From contig CAVPRW010000014.1 in the NCBI GenBank assembly GCA_963707985.1, positions 96,001 to 160,000 of the forward strand: a stretch of 64,000 nucleotides of DNA. Reading direction: 5' to 3'. The notes beneath the pieces are model-generated. The model ran no database searches, had not been told where the DNA came from, and saw only the letters and a program-made list of their open reading frames with translations. The DNA is from an uncultured Nitrospinota bacterium. GTDB lineage: Bacteria > Tectomicrobia > Entotheonellia > J063 > CAVPRW01. The translations under genes and the position numbers were made by a program. This document shows, piece by piece, positions 53,667 to 63,874 of the stretch (position 1 is its first letter; the number at the start of each line of letters is the position of its first letter).

Positions 53667-54103
53667 TTAGATCGAGCTGTTCATGGGGAACTTTACCCCG
53701 TCCAGCTGCTCCTCCCGCCACTTCTGTTGTAGGTGGTGGCGATCCTTAAACTCAGGCATGACCTCTTTGGCGAACAGTTCCAATGACTCCATGATGTCTT
53801 CGTGTTTACGGTCGCCGCATTGACAGAAGAGGTTCAGGATGTCCAGGTGAGCTGCTTCGTACTGGCGGATATTGTCGCGGATGAATGTGGGCGAGCCGAT
53901 GAACATTCCGCGCCTGCCCATACGGTATAGCACGCGCGCGCTCTCGTCCTCCGGCTCCAGTTCCGTGGCCGCTTCACGGGCCTGGGCTGAGTCCTCCGCA
54001 TCGGCACGTTTTCTGAACTCCCGGTAGACGTTGTCCCGGCCGTAGGTGGTATGGCCGTGCATCCAGCCGAACACGAAGCCAAAGAACTGGGCGCCGGAGA
54101 GGC
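53667..54103 (-). pseudogene. LLM-class flavin monooxygenase C-terminal fragment truncated by the IS1-like element
   Basis: FIGSP..IR..HEDIMESLELFAKEVMPEF C-terminal signature; N-terminus absent. Confidence 0.75.
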
Positions 54104-55416
54104 GGTGGTGTCCCTCGATCGCGTGTATAACATGGCTACGAAGTGACGTTGGTTGCTTGCTGATCGAGCCGGTCGCGAAAGTCCGGGGGCACACGATAGC
54201 TCAGCAACTCCTCCATAGTCCACATGTGGTCCGTCATTCCTGCGGCCATAGCAGGCGTGACTGGTTGCCATTCCTTGGGTGAGCCAGGGCCCCGGGTTGG
54301 TTGAGGTTCCGGTAAACGATGTCTCAAGCTGTCATGCGGCAACACGACGTGATAATAGGCCAAGCTCAACCACAGATGCTTCTCTAACCAGGTCAGGTCT
54401 TTGGAACAGCTGAGCACCTTACGCGAGAGACGGCCATTACACTGGCGACACGTCAAGTTGTTGCGTTCGACGAACCTGGTATTGATGGTTTGACTGACCG
54501 TGGAAACGGCCAAGCGATCCTGCACCGCCTCTTCCGTGCCAAAGATGATCTTGGTGGTCACGTGGACCACGCGTCCCCCTTTCCTGCGGTTGACGACCTG
54601 GGCATAGTGCAAGTCAGCAGGTGGAAGGAGCTTGGGGGTGGGCTTGGGCCCGCGTTTACCCGGGATATGCAGGATGACCTCCGGCATGCCATACACGTGC
54701 AACAAGGCATGAGCATCGTACGGCAACTGATCACTGGTAAAGAACGGAATATACCCGCAACTGACGGCTTGCAGGCGCTCCAGCAGCATATTAGCGTTCT
54801 CTTGGTCGCGTTTGCCCACCACGAAGGCGGCCACCAGGCGCCATGTCGGTGCGAAGGCGATCCATACCCAGGCATCGCCATAGAGCGCCAGCACCTTCTC
54901 GGCTACGGTCAGATGGGCTTCTTTACTTACGCACGAAGCTCCACAATTCGTCCACTTGGCACTCAGTGATATGCAAGTTGTCGACCAGGTAGGTGGTCAC
55001 GGCCCGACAATGCCGTCCGGCTCGATCCAGCCAGTCACAGACGGTATCCTTATCGACGCCGACGATGCGGCCGGTGCCTCGCAGGGAATTACCTTCTGCT
55101 AGTGCCCGCATGGCGATGGTGTCATTCGGCTCCTCCGCGTGCACCCCGAAGTACGCCGTGCCTTGGCGGGCTGAAAACGTACGCTTACACATGGTACACA
55201 ATAGGCGAGGAATGCCGCGATCGACTCCACGACGGACCAGGTGAGAGCCGAAGCCATACCTGCTGTCATGCGAGCATTGCGGGTTAGGACAGTCGCATGT
55301 AGTGAACTCCATGGCTCCCTCCTGATGCGGACCGTGTGTCGTGCATCAGGAGTTTACAGCGAGCGTTCTCGCTTATCGCTCCTTCATATTCATACACGCT
55401 ACTGAGGGACACCACC
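54104..55416 (-). mobile_element. IS1-family insertion sequence
   Basis: 25-bp TIRs GGTGGTGTCCCTCGATCGCGTGTAT / GGTGGTGTCCCTCAGTAGCGTGTAT (22/25); transposase 55312-54136 (CPNPQC, HTH, QVDELWSFV, FTSDQL, VERNN, TPAMAAG) broken by one extra T near 54925; no TSD. Confidence 0.88.
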
Positions 55417-55504
55417 AAAAATAGGACCTACGGGTAGAAAGCTGCAATAGGACCTACTAGGCCTCTTATCGTGTCGGAAAGCTAACGTGGCTTTATACGG
55501 TTAA

Positions 55505-56428
55505 TCACCTCCAATCAGCATATGGATCTGATCCATCAGCTGGCAGAGGGATCTCGAGGGTAATGTCAGTGATGCCGAGTGGAAGACCCTTCTGCACGAT
55601 GGTGGCGCTCTTTTGGATCTGTTCGGTACCTTCAGCTAGCACGTACAATGTTGAAAACGACCTTCCATCAGGCGGCCCTAGCACTGGGACTAACGACGAG
55701 AGCGCCGCGACTTTGGGTAAGCATATGACGAGGAGATTTTTCCCTACAGGAGATACAGACCGCTGATCCTCCCCCCTGAGCTTGTCTGATAAGTTCCGAA
55801 TTTCCTTCGCGAGTACTTTGGCTGAATGTAGCGCATGGAGGGGTGCGCGAAGATCATACGACCACTTCAGATATTGTGCCAGCGTCAGCCGTCGTGCCTT
55901 ATTAACATAACCACCAGCTTCAAGTATTTTGATGCCGCCTCTGAGGTGCCGCAGCGCAAATTCCTGAACGACGAAATCGCACCTGGCACGGGGCAGAAGC
56001 TGCGCCTGATTGTCATAGGCGTTGGTGATTTGTACCGCTGCAGGGATAATACGACCGTCTCGCCTACGTCGCTTCCAGCCTACCCCGATAAAGGCGTGGT
56101 ATTTCTTCTCTTGAGGATAACGCTGGCTCTTAAAAAATGTTGTGGCGCGATGGGCTACCTCAAATATCCCTTTGTGGAGTTGGTCAGCATCTACAAACGG
56201 CTTGATCACTGTCGCAAACCATTCGTTGGTGTTCTGTCCTTCGATCTTCGCCCAGCCCATATAGGCAAAGATCATAGTCCGGTTAATCACGATCGCTTTC
56301 GTCTGGTCATCAGCTTTGCTCTCGCAATCCTCATAAATCGCCAAAGTACCGTCCTTTTCGTGTACTAATCGGCGGTCGGAAACCTGCAGGACGTAGTCGC
56401 GGGTTATGCACGAAAGGATCTGAGTCAC
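55505..56428 (-). CDS. Hypothetical low-GC protein with proteasome-beta / Ntn-hydrolase-like N-terminus
   Basis: GGGAGG RBS before GTG 56428; (M)TQILSCITRDYVLQVSDRRL..KAIVI. Confidence 0.6.
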   Translation of the reverse strand: MTQILSCITRDYVLQVSDRRLVHEKDGTLAIYEDCESKADDQTKAIVINRTMIFAYMGWAKIEGQNTNEWFATVIKPFVDADQLHKGIFEVAHRATTFFKSQRYPQEKKYHAFIGVGWKRRRRDGRIIPAAVQITNAYDNQAQLLPRARCDFVVQEFALRHLRGGIKILEAGGYVNKARRLTLAQYLKWSYDLRAPLHALHSAKVLAKEIRNLSDKLRGEDQRSVSPVGKNLLVICLPKVAALSSLVPVLGPPDGRSFSTLYVLAEGTEQIQKSATIVQKGLPLGITDITLEIPLPADGSDPYADWR

Positions 56429-56694
56429 TGCCAACCTCCCAAGCGGATTGAGTCGCATGGGTGAACAGCTAACGAAGGCGGATCGGCTGCATCCGCTAGC
56501 TCCGTGCGGTGTGCAGGCGGGGGGCAGCCCGCCCTATCTCGTAGATCGATGGCATTAGGGGCATTGATAGTGGTAGAGGACCTCTTTCTGTTCAGGGGGT
56601 CGGGTCCATACACACAGGAGACGTGGGGCGAACCTATCCGAGTGGGTGGAGAAAGTACAGGACAATCAGTCCGTGCCCTATTTCCCCCCGAGGC

Positions 56695-58492
56695 TAGGTG
56701 TAGGGGCGCGAGAACATCATGCGTGATACCTGGGAACTGCGTCGATTGCTGCGCACGCTTGGTGCGAATGACACGAGGTGCGTACCTGCGAACTGTGGCA
56801 TTCTGCCTGCGAACATCCTGTCCTACCTGAGAACAGCGCCGCCTGCGCACGCTTCGTGAGAATGGAGGAAGGCGTGCACTCCAGGTCGTCTTCTGTGTAG
56901 AACGGTGCGTTGGAGACCTCTCCTCCGACCCTCTGCGCCCTTACCAGGCGCTTAGAACGCGAGCGCCGGGAAGTCTGGGGGCAGACCCAGGTATACCTGC
57001 CCGACCGTCTCATACCGGGTCTCGGCAGCGACGACATGATGCCTCAGGACCTGGACGTCGCGGAAGTAGCGTTCCAGCGGGCTCTTCGTATAGATCCCGC
57101 TTGTGCCTGCGACGCGGTACATCAACTCCACCACCTGCACCGCGCTCTGCACCGCGTGGGTCATGGCGAGCAGCACGTCGGCCTTGTGTCTCAGCGAGAG
57201 GGTCTCTCCGGCGACGGTGGCCTCCCACGCCTCGCTCAGGGTATCGTAGAGCAAGACGCGCCCCGCGCGGAGGATCGCCTCCGCTTGGGCCAGCTTGGCT
57301 TGCGCCGAGGCCCGTTCCCGTAACACGGTGCTCGCCGCCACGGGCACTTTGCCTTGCGCCAGCGCGGACACCTCCTCAATCGCGCGCCGCGCCACCGCGA
57401 GCAGGAGCGGAGGGAGATTGGACGCGGCAATGCCGATTAAGGGGAAGCGGTAGAGGGGGCCCTGATAGTGGGACCCGGGGGTGAACTCCGGCACGAAGGG
57501 GAACGTCCGGGCCGTGGGCACGAAGACGTCGGTCACCGCCACGTCATGACTCCCCGTGCCGCGCATCCCCATGACGTGCCAGGTGTCGATCACGTGGCAG
57601 CTGTCACGGGGGAGATACGCCATCACCACCGCCGGCTCACCCCTGTCCGCTGCCCGCGAGTGGTCTCCCGCCATCACCGTGGCCTCCGTGGCGATCCAGT
57701 TGGCGTCATAGCAGTTGCTGACGAAGGGCGCGCGCCCGGTAATGCGATACCCCCCCTGAGCCGGGGCTGGCCTGCATCGGGCGTCCAAATTGCCCGGCGA
57801 TCACGACGTTGGCACCGCGGCCGTAGATTTCCTCGGCGCCTGCATCCGGCAAGCGGGCGCAGAGGTACGCCTGGTCTAAGGGGTTGGCGAGGGTCCAGCC
57901 GGCCGCGGTGTCGTGCCCGGAAATCTCTTCGATCACGAGGGCGCGGGTCAGGGGATCGACTTCCAGCCCGCCCAGGGACCGCGGGGTGCACATGCGCAGC
58001 AAGCCGGCTTCGTGCAGGGCGGCCAACACCGGCGGTGACAGGCGGCGCTCCCGCTCGGCCTCCGCATGGTGTTCCCGGATCACCGGGGCCAGGCGTCGTG
58101 CGGCTTCGATGAGTGTGGTGTCTGCATGAATCTGCATGGGACCACAGGGGGGGCCTTCGGCCCTTCCAACTCCTCGTCCACAGGCTCTGTCCAACGACAC
58201 CAGACCGCCGATCGAATGCTGCGAACCCTGCCGCTATGTGCAGCCTCACATCCGAGGTATTGATCGATGACACGCATGCGGTGGGCGACTGGCACACCCG
58301 CCTTAGAGACCCAACCCCACGGCTTTCAAAAAGACGGCCATTTGCCGGGCGGCCGGATCATAGGATGTGATGTTCTCAAGCAGGATACCGCCGGTTCTCA
58401 GGTATGCACCTCGCGTCATTCGCACCAAGCGTGCGCAGCAATCGACGCAGTTCCCAGGTATCGCGCGTGATGTTCTCGCGCCCCTACACCTA
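56695..58492. mobile_element. Non-autonomous cargo cassette 2 with long inverted termini
   Basis: TAGGTGTAGGGGCGCGAGAACATCA is a perfect inverted repeat at both ends, near-identity continues about 95 bp; same family as cassette 1; no transposase. Confidence 0.8.
56952..58137 (-). CDS. Acyl-CoA-dehydrogenase-like flavin monooxygenase (HsaA/HpaH-like), frameshift near 57765
   Basis: AERERRL..LHEAGL..GGLE, DTWHVMGMRGTGSHD, AGTSGIY..PLERYFRD. Confidence 0.85.
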
Positions 58493-58592
58493 TATGCAGG
58501 CTACCCCGAGGCCTCTGCCGCTTGACTTCGACCGGGTACCTAACGATAACGTTCATGATGTTCCTCCTTATATTTATCGATCCATTCAGCTC

Positions 58593-59795
58593 TCATACCT
58601 TCCTCCAGGATGTGCCATTGGACCAGCGGATCGTATTGGGGGGTTGAAGTGTCCCCGTGTAAGACCTGTCGTCTGGAAAGATGACCGTAATCGTAGAGGC
58701 ATTCAGAATCGATCCATGGGCGGCAGGACGGTTGAAGGCGGACATATCAATCGTTAGAGAGGTGAAGGCGGAGGAGACCACCGCCCGCCGGGGGCTCCCA
58801 TCTGTCCACCGGCCATTCAGATCGATCACCGTCTCGATCCGCTCACGGTCAATGAAGAAATACCGAATCGCACCATCCGGATGATAAGCACACAGGCTGG
58901 AATTGCCGATGATACCCAGGTTTGGGCAAACTGCCCGGCAAGGATCACCTGCCATGGGAGACGCCACTGGTCCCCAGGATCGATGTCAATCCGGCTGATG
59001 CCGCCGCCACCGTCCGTCGAATAAAATTCTGTGTGGCTGCTCCCCTCTTCGAAGAACAACAGGCCATCGAAGGGCGCGTTCTGCAAGAACTGGCCAGCCA
59101 CAATGTGCTGCCAGCTCCGCCGCCAGTTTTCATGCCGGGCAAAAGACCTACTTTCAATGACGCCACGCACCCTGAAAAATTCCCCGACACCCAGGGTTTT
59201 ATTATAGAAGAGCAGATCATCATTCGGGCTGCTGCTAAAGTTACCGGTGAGGACCACCTGCCCCAGATCGCGCAACAAACCAAACCCACGGAAATCCTCG
59301 AAGTTCCCAGACGGGTTCATGCGATGGAAAGAAAATCGACCTCTGGTCGGGATACAGAAGAGCACGTTGGTGTCCCCGAAGCGTCCCCCAAGGACATGCG
59401 TAAAGAGGGTGTTTGATATGAGCTGCTGCGACTTCAAGTGCAGCCCGCCGCGCCCATCCGTCTCATGGACCTCGCTCATACCTGAGGTGGCGTCATAAAA
59501 GAGCAACAGGCGAGGGCTGGCCTGAGGAACGGCGGTGATGTGGGTCCAACGCCTGCTGAAGGTGTGATCCCCCCCCGACTCGACGCGGTCCATCAAGAAC
59601 GGGAGTGCCATCATCCAGGCGACCATTCTTCACGGTCGCAAAGAACGCCCCAATCCCAGTGTTCCGGTCGTAGCAAAAAAGGTCCGTCGCGGCTTGGGTA
59701 GCAGATTGCGGATCGGCGAACGAACCTTTAATGATATGAGTCCAACCGCTGGGAAACCTTGTGGATACCCACACATTCAGCTCAAATTCCGACAT
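58593..59795 (-). CDS. FG-GAP-like beta-propeller repeat protein (frameshifts near 59575 and 58925)
   Basis: Repeats of WTHI..GxF....DLLFY...G.GEF across three frames; GGAGG RBS. Confidence 0.65.
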
Positions 59796-59891
59796 GGGAT
59801 GCTCCTCCATAAAACCTGTGCAACACCCTCATCCGGGTAGAGAGGCGCAATGGCTCCACGGTCTACTGCGCCGCGGGTTGCTACTTTAATT

Positions 59892-60485
59892 TCAACCTTC
59901 CGGGACAAACTCCGTTATGATCCACCGCTGCGTGTCGTTGTTCTGCGCGGGCCGGGTGACGAGAGCGTAGTCTTTCTCCTTGATCTCATGCGCATCCACA
60001 AATCTTCCGCTGCTTTTTTGCTGGATCGTGTAGGTGTTGTCGCCCAGGGGAGTCAGAATCCATTGCTGTGTATCGTCGTTCTGCTGCGGCCTGGCGATGA
60101 TGGCGTAATCTTTCTCTGCAATTTCATGAGCATCCACAAATCGACCACTCTTTTTATGCTGAATCGTGTACGCGCCGCCCACCGGCGTGATGACCCAGGT
60201 TGGTGGAACGAAAAATAGATGCCCAATCTTCGGAATATAATCTCCAGAGGGCCTCGTCATAAGAGCGAAATCTTTCTTATTGATATAAGCATCGACATAG
60301 CGACCGTTGCTTTTTTGCTGGATTGTATATATTCCCACTCTCAAGGTGTTGCCGGTTTGGGCTGTCATGGGTTGAGACGGATATTGGGCTTGCGACGGTC
60401 GCTGGTCTTGCGCCATCGCCAGTGTTGAAACGAGACAGAGCGCGGCCATGGTGCTCCCAACGGTCTTGGCAATATATCGTAGCAT
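59892..60485 (-). CDS. Secreted ricin-B (QxW) lectin
   Basis: Signal peptide; three YTIQQKSxGR(F/Y)VDA repeats with NDTQ(Q/R)W. Confidence 0.85.
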   Translation of the reverse strand: MLRYIAKTVGSTMAALCLVSTLAMAQDQRPSQAQYPSQPMTAQTGNTLRVGIYTIQQKSNGRYVDAYINKKDFALMTRPSGDYIPKIGHLFFVPPTWVITPVGGAYTIQHKKSGRFVDAHEIAEKDYAIIARPQQNDDTQQWILTPLGDNTYTIQQKSSGRFVDAHEIKEKDYALVTRPAQNNDTQRWIITEFVPEG

Positions 60486-60651
60486 ATGATTGCTCCTTAT
60501 TGGTTGCGGCTCGCACTAATTGAGCGTCCGGCTCGCAATAGAGCACCCGTCCTAGCCCACAATCATTGATTCTGGCGCGTGCGTCCGGCCCACATTGATT
60601 GCACCGGAGCCCACATTATTTGCCACGACCTTGTGGCGGGTACTCCCCGCG

Positions 60652-60749
60652 TTATACGGCGAGTTTTTCGGGTGATAACCCCGCGATATCGTGGGGGTGA
60701 GCGGGGAAAATCAGGCCAAACTCGCCGTATAAGAGCATTTATACTGCCA
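60652..60749. repeat. Long palindrome with a tyrosine-recombinase-like core
   Basis: Perfect 15-bp IR TTATACGGCGAGTTT (60652) / AAACTCGCCGTATAA (60718-60732), continuing CGTATAA-GAGCAT-TTATAC. Confidence 0.6.
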
Positions 60750-60894
60750 GTTGTACGCGGCGTCTGCGATCTCCAGTCCGCCTGCACCAACGCTGTCATC
60801 CGCCGTGTTATACCTACTGTATGGTTCTACGTAATTTCTTTGGTGGCATATGCTTACGAGTGCGATGATGGTAGAATCGGGCCAACTCGTTGCG

Positions 60895-62097
60895 TGTGGG
60901 TCCCGAAAACCCGTCGCAACCGTCATCCGGCCGATGAGCGCACATGTCATCACGCCGCTCGCCGTTCATAGTGATGATGCAACCCACCCACCTCTGGGAC
61001 TTCCCTGATCGGGCCAACCTCTGGCCGTTGGACCGGCCGCGGTAGCGGACAATCCATGTCCAACGCCCGATGTGTGCGCCAGTGATGATAATAGTGGAAG
61101 TATTTGGTCAGGAGCCGCCGCAGATGTCGCTCGTGCAGGACGATCACGTGATCCAGGCATTCGCGGCGAATGCTACCGATGAGCCGCTCGACATAGGGGT
61201 TCTGCCACGGACTTCGGGGGGCGATGAGTACTTCTTCAATCCCCATGTGCCGCACCCGCTGCCGAAACGAGGCGCCGTAGATGCGGTCCCGATCGCGCAG
61301 CAGATAGCGTGGCGCCTCGTCCCACGGAAACGCGTCCACGACCTGCTGGGCGGTCCACTCGGCGGTGGGATGTTCCGTGACATTGAAATGGACGACGCGA
61401 CGCCGCTCGTGGGCCAGGATGACGAGGACGAAGAGCACTTTGTGGGTCACCGTCGGCACGACAAAGAAATCCAGGGAGACCAAATCCTTCACGTGGTTGT
61501 TGAGAAAGGCCTTCCACGTCGGTGATGGCGGCTTGCAGCGTCGGACGCGATACTTCTCCACGGTCGATTTGGCCACGTCGATGCCCAGCTTGTGCAGTTC
61601 CCCGACGATCCGGGGTGAACCCCAGGTCGGATTGGCCTGCCACATGTCCTGGATGAGCTGCGCGGATCTCCTTGGCCATCGGCGGGGCGACCGGGTGTTC
61701 CCTGCTGACTCAAGCGCCGCCAGTGGTCGCGAAAGCGCTGCTGCTGCCAGGCGATGACCGTGCGGGGCTGGACGAACACCAGGGCGTCGTGCCAGGCAGA
61801 CCAGAGCCGCGAGAGCCACGCCCAGAATAGCCGATCGGTCGGGCGAAGTCGCGGGCGATGGACGGTCTGTTGGTAGACTGCCAATTGATGCCGCAGTGCC
61901 AGGTGTTCCAGGCACAATGACGCCCGAGACCGGAAGAGGCCTGCAACGAAGGCCAACAGAGCCGAGATGATGGGGAGCATGATCAGAAACCTCCTCACCA
62001 TGACATGTCGGAAGATGGAGGAGTCTACTGATCCAGCATGAGGAGGAACTCGAAAAAAGTCAAATTGATGAAGAGCTTCAGGTTTTCGGGACAGACA
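60895..62097 (-). mobile_element. IS481/IS3-like element with rve integrase-core transposase (60950-61980, frameshift near 61680)
   Basis: TIRs TGTGGGTCCCGAAAACC / TGTCTGTCCCGAAAACC (15/17); SLDFF, LRDRD, NPYVERLIGSIRRECLD, GGLHHHY; no TSD. Confidence 0.85.
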
Positions 62098-62375
62098 ACC
62101 TCCAGGACATGCGTGTAGAAATCCCCCGGCGGCATTTCGGTTTCGAGGTCGGTCAGCTGCCGGCCGAGCTCCACCGACTCCTCGAGGAGAGCATACAGAG
62201 CTGGGGGCAACCTCACATTTCGGCTAGAATACCCGCATCCCTTGCTTGTCACCCCAGCTGGAGGACTGCCCCCATGAAGATGACCGTGCAACTTGGGGTT
62301 TTTTGCCCAAAGCGACGAAAAGGTATATTCCAGGTCTTGCACTGAGCGAGGGCGAAGCCCCAGACAAACTCAGTC

Positions 62376-62510
62376 CTACCACTTTTGCTCGTATTCTTCG
62401 ACGACATGCGTGTCGGTGAGATTCAGATAGATGGCGGTGGTGGTCAGCCGGCCGTGCCCGAGGATTTTCTGAATCGCAGCCAGTGAGATGTTCTTCTGAA
62501 GAGCCAGGGT
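62376..62510 (-). pseudogene. Tyrosine recombinase C-terminal remnant
   Basis: LAAIQKILGHGRLTTTAIYL (box II H...Y). Confidence 0.7.
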
Positions 62511-62959
62511 CTCGTGTTCTATCATGGTGATTCCCTCCGAGTCTTGGATGGTGTGGTAACCCCCATGATGCGGCGGTGGCCGCGTTCGGGTCAAGCCCCG
62601 GCGCGGCCTTTCGATTTATGACCAGGCCTCGTGTAGATCACACGGGCCATGGCCTGTAAAATCAAGAGCCCTTTCTGGCGGATCAGCTGATCATGTATGA
62701 AATTCTTTCTGATCAACTGTATGGTATCATGTTGAATTACATGGCGATCGTCAGATCGTATTGGAAACGATGATGGCAGTACCGCTCATTTTCGTCCGTC
62801 TGCTACCGGAGGTCCAGCTAGTTCCTTGCTGATGTAAAGGGTAGGAACTCAATTCCTACCCTAACGCGTAGATTTGTTGACTTTCAGATAGATCGATTGG
62901 AAAGTCTACCATGGGTCTAGGATACCACAACCAGCGCGGTAGCTACACATGAACAAAAT

Positions 62960-63874
62960 TTACTGTATCAGTGTATTCACTGCATGTACATGATCTCTTA
63001 CATAAGGACGAGCATCGTTTGTACGTATCAGAATGTCAAAATGATTGCGCCGCAAAAAATCGACTACTATTTCACGTGTCGAAAATTTTTCTGATTCGTT
63101 AGAACGGAAGTCATGACAAGCAATACAGGCATATCTCGTTCGGTTTATCATTTCTTTCATTCCCTTTATCGCAAGCCGTTCTCCCCCTTCGATATTCATC
63201 TTGAGCAGGTCGATGTACTCAATCTGGGCACGCTTGCAGATCTCATCTAATGGCAAGCCTTGGATCTTAATAACGGCCGTTGCGGTGGGTTGAAACTCCG
63301 TACTGTTAAGCTCATGCTTGGCGAGGTCTTCAATATAAACATCACCTTCTTTATCAATAGCAGCAACTTTGATACAGATAGTGTTAGTAAGATGATTTAA
63401 CTCGCAGAATTTTTCCAGGCGGCGGACAGTTTTTGGATGAGCTTCGATAGAAATCACCTTTCCAGATACCCCAACGGATCGAGAAAACACTAAGGTATCA
63501 AATCCGACTCCAGCTCCAACATCTACAATTATATCACCATCACTGGGTTTATAAAGATAGAACCAGTAGTCATTTGCTGCCTCAAATACGCTTTCAGCGA
63601 GATTTGGAAAGGTTATAATATCCTTAACAGAGTACTTAAACGTTGGTGTATCAGCAATATGAATTTTTGAACTGAGACTACGTATCCATAAATCGTCATA
63701 CCAAACTGCCATATCACAACCTGTCTTTTTCCTCGCATACCAAGTTGCTAGTGCACTTAACACCCATCTACTGCCAGTACGATCTAAGGAGGCCAGCGCA
63801 TTGGGAAGTTTACGGTTCGCCGACCTCCAGATTAGCTTATAAAGCTGCGATCTTCGAAAACCAATGTGGTCCAT
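62960..63874 (-). CDS. FkbM family methyltransferase (AT-rich)
   Basis: IIVDVGAGVG, VISIEAHP, IDLLKMNIEGGE; AGGAGG RBS. Confidence 0.88.
   Translation of the reverse strand: MDHIGFRRSQLYKLIWRSANRKLPNALASLDRTGSRWVLSALATWYARKKTGCDMAVWYDDLWIRSLSSKIHIADTPTFKYSVKDIITFPNLAESVFEAANDYWFYLYKPSDGDIIVDVGAGVGFDTLVFSRSVGVSGKVISIEAHPKTVRRLEKFCELNHLTNTICIKVAAIDKEGDVYIEDLAKHELNSTEFQPTATAVIKIQGLPLDEICKRAQIEYIDLLKMNIEGGERLAIKGMKEMINRTRYACIACHDFRSNESEKFSTREIVVDFLRRNHFDILIRTNDARPYVRDHVHAVNTLIQ

Noticed and set aside
54915..54935. Programmed -1 frameshift in the IS1 transposase
   Set aside because: No A6C-type slippery run; removing one T restores a continuous VRKKEAHL frame
56690..58500. Tn7-type TGT...ACA ends with a 5-bp TSD for the cassettes
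   Set aside because: The flanking 5-mers differ (CTAGG vs CCTAT; ATACC vs CCTAC) and the inverted repeat extends beyond TGT
60942..62008. 9-bp inverted repeat ACATGTCAT as IS termini
   Set aside because: A longer TGT-started 17-bp TIR pair at 60895 and 62097 defines the element better
62376..62510. Integron integrase
   Set aside because: Only a short box II remnant with no IntI-specific features
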